Source: Synechococcus sp. UW140 (GTDB taxonomy: Bacteria; Cyanobacteriota; Cyanobacteriia; PCC-6307; Cyanobiaceae). Taken from it: a stretch of DNA of 64,000 nt. Below the pieces are notes generated by a model. That model was not told the origin of the DNA and searched no databases. It saw nothing but the letters and a program-made list of their open reading frames with translations. Below, piece after piece: positions 45,625 through 54,400 of this stretch (positions are counted from its first letter, which is position 1; each line of letters starts with the position of its first letter). Location of the stretch: contig CAMAPJ010000002.1 of NCBI GenBank assembly GCA_945860085.1, positions 30,520 through 94,519 of the forward strand, written 5' to 3'. The translations under genes were made by a program, and so were the position numbers.

Positions 45625-47061
45625 ATGGTCGCCCCCCACGGCACCCCGCCCCAGGCTGGCTCCGCCGGCGGGGACCCATCCGAGGCCTCTCCTCGCCACC
45701 CCGAAAGGCCCCCGACTCGGGCGGGAGAGGCCTTTTGGTGGCTCTGGGGTGGGCAACTGGTGTCCAACCTCGGCACCCAGGTGAGCCTCTACGGGGTGGG
45801 GCTGTGGGTGTTTCAGCTCCAGCAGCACCTGCTCGATTTCGCCGCCGTGGCGATCGTGGTGCAGCTGGCCAAAATCCTGGCCCTGCCGCTAGTTGGCCCC
45901 CGTCTGCCGCACTGGCGGCGGCGACGGGTGATGGTGGTGGCCAACGGCCTGGGGGCCCTAGGCACCCTGACGCTGGCGGGTTTGCTGCTGGCAGGGGGCC
46001 CGGACGGCGGGCCCCTCAGCCTGGGGGCCCTGCTGCCCCTGCAGGGGTTGGCGGCGGCGGCAGAGGCCAGCCTGGTGCTCTGTTTCGCCAGCCTGATCCC
46101 CCTGCTGGTGCCCGCTGGAGGGGCCCGCCAGCGGGCCAATGGCCTGTTTGCCAGCAGCGACGGATTGGTGCTGATCGCGGCACCGTTTCTGGGGGCCTGG
46201 CTTGTGGGGATCGCAGGCCTCCGGGGCGTGCTGGTGCTCGATGGCCTGAGTTTTGGCCTCGCCCTGGCCTGCGTGCTCCTGGCCCCCTGGCCACCAGCAG
46301 CCCTGGCTCCGGCCTCGGTGCCAAGCCGCCAGGACAGGGGCCGGCCCGCAAGCGCCTGGGCCCAGGCGCCGCTGCGCTTTGGCCGCGATCTGGCCGCCCT
46401 TTGGCGCGACCGGTCCCTGCGGCGCCTGGCCCTGGTTGGAACGGCGATGGCCTTTGTCTATGGCGCCACCGAAGTGCTTTTCCCGGCCTGGGTGATCACG
46501 GCCCTGGGGAATGGCCGCCTCGGCGGCGCCCTGCTGGTGGGCGGCCTCGCCTATGGCCTGGGACTGCGCCTCTGGCTGGTCCTCCCTCCCAGGCTTTGGG
46601 GGCGGGCCTTCGCCAGCTTGCTCTTGATCCAGAGCCTGGCCCTGATGGGGGCGGGCCTGGTGGTGTTTGAAGGCCTCATCCCCCTGTGGTACGGGGGCCT
46701 GGGGTGCTTCACCCTGGCCTTACCGGTTTGTTTGGCGATCGTGCAAAGCCGCTGGCAGCAGCTTGTGCCCGTGGCAGAGCTGCCGCGGCTGTTATCGGTG
46801 CGCTACGCCCTGGAATGGGTGGCCCGGCTGGCGGCCTTTAGTGGCAGCGCCCTGGTGGTCGATCAGCTGCTGCGGCCCGCCCTGGCCTGGCCCCATTGGC
46901 CGGGGTGGCTGCCGCAGGCCCTGGGCACGGGACCGGGCCGACCCATGGCCGTGGCCCTCGGGGGCCTGGGCTGGGTGCTGGTGCTGGCCCTGGTCAGCCA
47001 ATCGAGCCGGCCGCCGGACCTTCCACCAAACCAATCACCAAAGCTTCCACCAAAACTTTGA
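45625..47061 (+). CDS. MFS transporter (EntS/MFS_3-like)
   Basis: [27 protein letters not shown] plus about 12 hydrophobic segments. The start is uncertain. Confidence 0.7.
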   Translation: MVAPHGTPPQAGSAGGDPSEASPRHPERPPTRAGEAFWWLWGGQLVSNLGTQVSLYGVGLWVFQLQQHLLDFAAVAIVVQLAKILALPLVGPRLPHWRRRRVMVVANGLGALGTLTLAGLLLAGGPDGGPLSLGALLPLQGLAAAAEASLVLCFASLIPLLVPAGGARQRANGLFASSDGLVLIAAPFLGAWLVGIAGLRGVLVLDGLSFGLALACVLLAPWPPAALAPASVPSRQDRGRPASAWAQAPLRFGRDLAALWRDRSLRRLALVGTAMAFVYGATEVLFPAWVITALGNGRLGGALLVGGLAYGLGLRLWLVLPPRLWGRAFASLLLIQSLALMGAGLVVFEGLIPLWYGGLGCFTLALPVCLAIVQSRWQQLVPVAELPRLLSVRYALEWVARLAAFSGSALVVDQLLRPALAWPHWPGWLPQALGTGPGRPMAVALGGLGWVLVLALVSQSSRPPDLPPNQSPKLPPKL

Positions 47062-47161
47062 CGCCTGGGACAGGAACGGCCTTGATCGGTAGGCGCCCAA
47101 GCCACTTCCGGCTCCCGCTGAGATGGCCCTTGGCCCTGGGCACGAATGGCACCATGGCCCG

Positions 47162-48328
47162 ATGCGGGTTCTGATCTTCACCTCCAGTGGGGGCACCGCC
47201 CACGACGCTGCCGCTGAAGCCTTGCGCGATTGGCTGCGCCAGTGGGATCCGGGCGGCGAGGTGGGGATCGAACAGGTGCTGGAGAACGCCAGTGGCCCCT
47301 ACCGGGGGGGAGTTGCTTTCTATAACTGGATCCAGAAGTACGCCCCCTGGATCCATCAGGCCTATTGGTGCCTGATGGAGTTTGAGGACCTGATCAAACC
47401 CGGCACCCTCCTGTTCGGCCGCCGCTACGTGGCCAACCTGCTGCGCCAGTTCAAACCCGATCTGATCATTTCCACCCATCCCCACACCAACCGGGGCCAC
47501 TTTGCTTTCGCCAAGCGCGTTTTGGGCCCCCAGCTGCGCTGCCTCACCTGCTGCACCGAACTCGCTGGCGGCTTTGGCTTCAGCCGCAACTGGATCAGCT
47601 CCAGCGCCGATGCCATCTGGGTCCAAACCCCCGAGGTTGCTTCTGAACTGCGGCGGCGGCGCTATCCCGCCGAGCGCATCGCCCTGCTAGGTCCCCTGCT
47701 CTATCCCGCCTACCACCGCCCGGCGCCAGCAACCCAGCAGCCGGGATCTGGTCCCGAAGCCCCTACCGGTCCCAGCGATGGTGGGGACAATCCCTCCAAA
47801 AACCAGGACCTACCGCTCTTGGTCTTGGGGGCCGGAGCCAATGGGGCCAATAACCATTGCCGCCTGCTAGAGACCCTGCGGCCCTTTGCCGGCCGATTAG
47901 CGGTGGTGGCCCTGACGGGACGACGCCAGGCAGCGTTGGAGCAGGTGCAGGCCTGGGCGGCGGCCCACCCAGCCCTGGCCGTGGAGGCCCTCGGCTTCCA
48001 GGGGCCCGAGCAGATGGTGGCCCTCTACCGCAGGGCCTGGGCCATGGTGGCCCGGCCAGGGGCCCGCACGGCCACCGAAGCCTTGCTGCTGGGCTGTCCG
48101 CTTATCTTCAACACCTTTGGCACGACCATGCCCCAGGAATGGTTAGCCCGCCGCTATTTCCGCAGTCGCGGCCTAGGGCGCTCGATTGATCGCCCCGAAC
48201 AGCTAGCGACCCTGGTGGCAGCCTGGCTCGACCAGCCCGAACGCTATGACGACTGGCGCCGTCTTTACCAGCACCATCTTCTCATTTCCGATCCCCCATC
48301 GCTGGGGCGCCTACTCCTGGGACGCTGA
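47162..48328 (+). CDS. MGDG-synthase/UgtP-like glycosyltransferase (GT28-type)
   Basis: MRVLIFTSSGGTAHDAAAEALRDWL N-terminus. LIISTHP, then a C-terminal GT-B lobe (ARPGARTATEALLLGCPLIF). Confidence 0.75.
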   Translation: MRVLIFTSSGGTAHDAAAEALRDWLRQWDPGGEVGIEQVLENASGPYRGGVAFYNWIQKYAPWIHQAYWCLMEFEDLIKPGTLLFGRRYVANLLRQFKPDLIISTHPHTNRGHFAFAKRVLGPQLRCLTCCTELAGGFGFSRNWISSSADAIWVQTPEVASELRRRRYPAERIALLGPLLYPAYHRPAPATQQPGSGPEAPTGPSDGGDNPSKNQDLPLLVLGAGANGANNHCRLLETLRPFAGRLAVVALTGRRQAALEQVQAWAAAHPALAVEALGFQGPEQMVALYRRAWAMVARPGARTATEALLLGCPLIFNTFGTTMPQEWLARRYFRSRGLGRSIDRPEQLATLVAAWLDQPERYDDWRRLYQHHLLISDPPSLGRLLLGR

Positions 48329-48433
48329 TGGCAGTTCGGTAGGCTCATCAAGCTTCGGAGGCGCCAAAAGCCTGGCCCAGCAAGGAGTTGCAGATTCCTC
48401 AATCCAGCTGAAGACCGTCCCCAAGCCACTGCG

Positions 48434-51400
48434 TTGCCTCCGCCGATCGCCCCTTCATTGACCTCCTCGCCGACAGTCCCCAGCCCTGAACCCATCGCGA
48501 TTGTGGGGATTGGTTGTCGGCTTCCCGGTGGTATCAACACGCCCGAGGCCTTCTGGGACTTGCTCTGCGATGGGCGCGATGGAATAACGGATGTTCCAGT
48601 CAGCCGCTGGGACCTGGGCCAGCATTTCGATCCCGATCCGCTCAAGCCCCTCAGCCAGCACGTGAGGCGCGGCGGCTTCATTGAGGGCATCGACCATTTT
48701 GATGCGGCCTTCTTCGGCATCTCGCCGCGGGAAGCCCTTTGCATGGATCCCCAACAGCGCCTGCTGCTGGAGGTGGCCTGGCGCGCCCTGGAGCATGGGG
48801 GCCAACCGCTGGAGAGCCTGCGCAGCCAGCCGGTAGGGGTGTTTATCGGCATCTCCAGCCTCGATTACAGCTCCCTGCTCTGGGCCTCCAGCGAGCACTA
48901 CGCCACCCCGGATAACGAGCCGTTCGTGCTGCCGGGCAATACGGGCTGCATCGCCGCCAACCGGATCTCCTATTTCCTCGACCTGAAGGGCCCCAGCTTC
49001 ACGGTCGACACGGCCTGCTCCTCCTCCCTGGTGGCGGTGCATCTGGCCTGCGAAAGCCTCTGGCGCGGCGAATCCTCGGCGGCCCTGGCCGGCGGGGTGC
49101 AGGCCCTGATCCATCCAGGCATCCAGATGAGCTTCTGCAAGGCCGGGCTGCTGGCGCCCGATGGACGTTGCAAGAGTTTTGCCGCCAGCGCCGATGGCTA
49201 CGTGCGCTCGGAAGGGGCGGGGGTGGTGCTGCTGAAAACCCTCTCGGAAGCCCGCCGCTGCGGCGATCCGATCGTGGCCCTGATCCATGGCACGGCCGTC
49301 AATTCCGACGGCCGCAGCAATGGCATGGCCGCCCCCAACCTCAAGGCCCAAATGGCCTGCGTGCGCCAAGCCTTTGCCCGCTCCGGACTAAACCCGGCCG
49401 CCACCCAGTACGTCGAAGCCCACGGCACGGGCACCCGCCAGGGGGATCCGATCGAACTGCGGGCCCTTGGCACCGTCCTGGGCGAAGGGCGCCCCAGCGA
49501 CCAGCCCTGCCGGGTGGGTTCGGTCAAAACGAACCTGGGCCATGGCGAAACCGCTGCCGGGATCACCGGGTTGATCAAGGCAGCCCTGTGCATCCAACAC
49601 CGCCAGATCCCGGCCAGCCTGCACTTCCGCACGCCCAATCCGGCGATTGATTTCGCCGGGCTGAAACTCCAGGTGCAAACCGCCCTGGAACCCTTCCCAG
49701 CCCCGGATCGCCCGGCGGTGGTGGGGGTGAGTTCCTTTGGCTTTGGCGGCACCAATGCCCATGCGGTGCTGGCCGAGGCGCCACCGGCAGAAAGCGGGTC
49801 CCCAGGCCCTCCACCCCTTCCCCTCCAGCTCCTAACCCTGTCGGCCCGCACCAGCGCCGCCCTCGGGGCCACGGCTCGCCGCTACCTGGAGCTGCTGCGC
49901 CAACGGCCGACCCTGGCCCTGGCCGATCTCTGCGCCAGCGCCAACCAACAGCGCACCGCCTTCCAGCAACGGCTGGTCTGCCTGGTCAGCGATCGCAGCG
50001 ATCTGGAACGCCAGCTGGAGGCCTTTGCCGAGGGCAAGGCCCCGGCGGCAAACCCCAGCGGAGCGCCGCCAGCAGCCCAGTCCCCCCTGCTGGCCGAAGC
50101 CGGGCGCCGGCCGGGCAAGCTGGCTTTCCTGATCAGTGGCCAAGGCTCCCAGGAGCGGGCCATGGCCAGGGACCTCTATGGCCGCCATCCGGTGTTCCGG
50201 GAGGCCTTCGATCGGGCCGCAGCCCTGGCGGACCCGAGCCTGGATTGGCCCCTGAAGCGGGTGCTCCTCCCAGGCCCTGGCGAGGAGCGGCAGGCGGCCC
50301 TGGCCCTGGAGCAAACCGCCATGGCCCAACCGGCCCTGTTCGTGGTGGGCTACGCCCTCAGCCAGCTCTGGGCCAGCTGGGGCGTGCAGCCGGACCTGCT
50401 GCTGGGCCATAGCGCCGGCGAAGTGTTAGCAGCCCACCTGGCCGGGGTGTTCGACCTGGCCGATGGGATTCGCCTGATCACGGCCCGGGGCCAGCTGATG
50501 CAGGCCCTGCCGGCCGACGGGGGCATGGTGGCCCTGCTCGCCCCCTTCGATCAGGTTCAAGCCCTGATCACCCCCAATTCCAGCCTGAGCGTGGCGGCCC
50601 TGAACGCTCCGCGCAACACGGTGGTGTCGGGTCCCGATACCGCCATCGGGGCCTTGGTGGAGCGGGCCCAGCGCGCTGGCGTTGCCACGGCCCGCCTGCC
50701 GGTGGCCCTTGGCTTCCACAGCCCGGCCATGGCCCCGATGCTGGACGCCTTTGCCCAGCTCCTGGCCCAACTGCGCCTGTCCCCACCGGCCCGGGGCCTG
50801 GTCAGCAGCCTCAGCGGTGGGCTGGCGGGGGCCGAGGTCGCCGATCCGGCCTATTGGTGTGACCAGGTGCTTGGGCCGGTGCGGTTCGCCCAAGGGGTGG
50901 CCACCCTCCAGGCCCAGGGGGCCCGACTGTTTGTTGACCTGGGCCCCAGGCCCAGCCTGATCACCCTGGCGAAGCAGAGCCTGGCCCCGGATCCCGGCCA
51001 GGGCCAGCCAGCCCCAGGCCAGGAGTCCCTGTTCCTGCCCTCCCTGGTGCCCGGTCAGGACGATTGGGGCGTGATCCTGGGCAGCCTGGCCCGGCTTCAT
51101 CTGCGCGGTCTGGTGATCGATTGGAGCTCCTTCCATGCCCCCTTTGCCCAGGCGCGGGTGGCCCTACCGGGCTATCCCTTCGAGCGCCAACGCCATTGGT
51201 GGCCAGCGGGCCGGGGCCCGCTCAAAGGAGCCCACCGCTGGCTCGACCACCTGGGCCTAGCCAGCCTTGATCAGGACCAGCCAGGGACCGGGGCAGCGGA
51301 GCCTGCGGCCCTAAGCCAAGGGCCATCGCCCCAGGGCGCCGATGCCGTCGGCGGCCCCCGGGCCCCAGTCGGGGCAGTCGATCGCAGTCCCAAGCGGCTG

Positions 51401-54400
51401 GATCTGCCGCCCGGCCACGTCCACTACCAAGTGACCCTGGACCCCAGCCAGCAGGCCGACCTGGCCGACCACGCCATCCGCGACCAGCCCGTCTTCCCGG
51501 CGGCCGGATTCCTGGTGTTGGCGGCCCAGGTGGCGGAACAGGAGGGGCTAGCCCTGAACTTTGGTGCGCTCAGCCTGGAGCGTCCCCTGCGGCTGGGCGC
51601 AGGCCCCCGGCAGCTGCACCTGGTGCTGGAAGAGGGAACCCTGGCTTTCCACAGCCTCAATCCCGCCGAGCGGGCCGCCGGCTGGACCAGCCATGGCCGA
51701 TTGGAGCTGGCGGAGGCCCCGGGCCCGATGCCCCCTGGCCAGGCCGCAGTGGCGCCAGCGGGTGCCCCCTTCGCCCCAGGGGTGGCAGCCAACGACGCTG
51801 AAACCCTGGATACGGCGGGCTTCTACGCAGCCCTGGCCCGCTGCGGCCTGAACTACGGCCCCCGCTTTCAAGGCCTCCAGCAGGTGCAACGCCAAGGCGG
51901 CCGGGCCTGGGCTGACCTGGTGCGCCCCGCCGGGGGTGGCGCCGAAGGCCTGCTGGACAGCTGCTTCCAGCTGGTGGCCGCCAGCCTGGATCCGGAGGCC
52001 GCCAGCGGCCAGCTGTTCCTGCCCGTGGGCCTGGAGGCCCTCGCCCTGGCGCCAGGGGAATGGCCCGAGCGATTGAGCTGCGAGGTGCGGCTGCAGGCCA
52101 ACCCCGAACCCGCCCAGGTGCAGGCCGACCTGATCTGGCATGCAGGCGGGGAACTGCTGGGCTGGATTCGCGGCTTCCGCCTGCGCCGCCTGCCGCGCCA
52201 GGCGGTGGACTGGATGTTCCCCGCAGCCCAGCTGCCCCCCCCGGAGCCGGCGCTCGATCCGGCCAGCTGGCTGATCCAGAGCCACTGGGAACCGCTGGGC
52301 TGGAAGCCGGCCCCAGCCGTTGAAGTCCCCCAGTCGCCTACGGCCCTAACCAGCGATCTGCCGTTGCAAGGGCGGCCCCTGTTGATCGGCGCCGGCAACC
52401 ATCAGGCCCTGGCCTTTGAAGCCTGGGCCAGCGCCCAGGGCCAGCCGCCCATGCGGGTGACCTTTGGCGACCCCCTGCCCGCCGGCTGGGGGCCGGTACT
52501 GGTCTGGCCGGATCCAAACAGCGCCGAGCCCCTGGCCTTGGCCACCCAGCTGCTGGCCCTGGTGCACCAGCTCCAGGCCCCGGGGAACTCCAGCAACGCG
52601 CTTCCCGAGCAGCCGACTGGTCCAGCGGCCCCAGGCTCCAGGCAGCCCCGGCCCCTATGGCTCGTGCTCGAGGGCGACGAGGCCTGGAGCGGGGTGCTGG
52701 CGGGCTTTGCCCAAACGGCCGCCCTGGAAACCCCCCAGCTGGCCTGGACCCAATTGCAGCTCCCCGCCGATCCCGGGCGCCAGCCCCAGGCCAGGGACTG
52801 GGACCAGCTCTGGGCCCTGGCAAGTACCGAAGCGAGCCTGCTCTGGCGTTCGGGCCAAGCCCATGGGCAACGGCTGAAACAGCTGGGGAGTGAACGGTTC
52901 CGCATCGTCAGTGGGGACCCCGGCCGCCTCGAAGCCCTGGTGCGCCAACCGCTAGCGCCAAGCTCCCTGGTGCATGGCGAGCTGGAGCTGGCCGTGGAGG
53001 CCACGGGGCTGAATTTCCGTGATGTGCTCAATGCCCTGGGCCTGTTGGCGGCCTACGGCGAAGAGCTCGGCCTGGCCGAGGGGGCCCAGGTGCCCTTTGG
53101 CGGCGAAGCCGTGGGCCGGGTGGTGGCGGTGGGACCCGGCGTGGATCCGGCCCTGGTCGGCCAGCGAATGCTGGCGGCCCTGGCCGTGGGCAGCCTGGCC
53201 AGCCATGTCACCTGCCGCGCCGAGCTCTGCATCCCCCTGCCGACTGGGCTCGATGGCGACACCGGCGCCAGCCTCAGCACGGTGTTCCTCACGGCCCTCT
53301 ACGGGCTGGTGCACCTGGCCCGGCTCCAACCGGGGGAAACGGTGTTGATCCACGCGGGCGCCGGCGGCGTCGGCCAGGCGGCCCTGCAGGTGGCCCGCCG
53401 CTGCGGCGCCCGCATCCTGGCCACCGCCAGTGGGCCCAAACAACAGGGCCTGCTGGACCAGGGCGTGGAGGCCGTGTTCGACTCCCGCAGCCTGGCCTTT
53501 GCCGAGCAGGTGCTCTCCCATACCGGCGGCAAGGGCGTCGATGTGGTGCTCAACAGCCTCAAGGGGGACTGGGTCGAGGCCAGCTTCCAGGCCCTAGCTC
53601 CAGGCGGGCGCTTCATCGAGCTGGGCAAGATTGAGATCTGGAGCCGGGCCCAGGCCCAGGAGCGCAGGCCCGATGCGGCCTACCTGCCCTTTGACCTGCT
53701 GGAGGTGGCCGCCGCCGAACCCCAGCTGGTGCGCCAGCTGCTCATCGACCTCTTCGCTGAGCTCGAGCAGGGCACCTTCCAGCCCATCCCCATCGAGGTT
53801 TTTCCCATCGCATCGGTGCCGGACGCCTTCCGGCTCCTGGCCCAGGCCCGGCACCGGGGCAAGGTTGTCGTGCGTCAGCACGACAGGCCCGCACCCCTGG
53901 CGATTGCTCCCCAGGCCACCTATCTGGTTACGGGCGCCCTGGGGGGCATCGGCCTGCGCCTGATCGACTGGTTGGCCCAGCGGGGGGCCACCTCCCTGCT
54001 GCTCGTCAGCCGCTCGGCCGGGTCCCCCTCGCCTGAGGTCAGGCACCGGCTCGAACAGCTGGAGGCCCGGGGCGTGCGCTGCGTCCTGGTGCCCCTGGAC
54101 CTGGCGGCCGGCCCAGAACCCGTAGCAACCGCCGTCCTGGCGGACGCGATCCGGGCCCTGCCCCCGGAACAGCCGTTGCGGGGTCTGTTCCATGCCGCTG
54201 GTGTCCTTGAGGACGGCCTGGTGGGCGGCCTGACGCCGGAGCGGCTGGCGGCCGTGCTGGCACCCAAGCTGGCCGGTTGGCAGCTGGTGGAGGCCGCCAT
54301 TGCTGAGGCGAAGGCTTCCCAGGAGAAACTTTTGGAAGGCAAAACTGCCGAAGGGAAGGCGGCCGTAGGGGAGACGGCCGAAGGGAAGACGGCTGAAGGG

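Noticed and set aside
45735-46670. 311-aa plus-strand ORF overlapping the MFS gene in another frame
   Set aside because: The translation is Gly/Pro/Arg-rich ([28 protein letters not shown]...). The alternative frame encodes a coherent 12-TM transporter.
48455-49369. 304-aa minus-strand ORF (and many similar ORFs through 56.5 kb)
   Set aside because: Antisense or off-frame within the PKS gene, whose frame carries every expected catalytic motif. These are high-GC artefacts.
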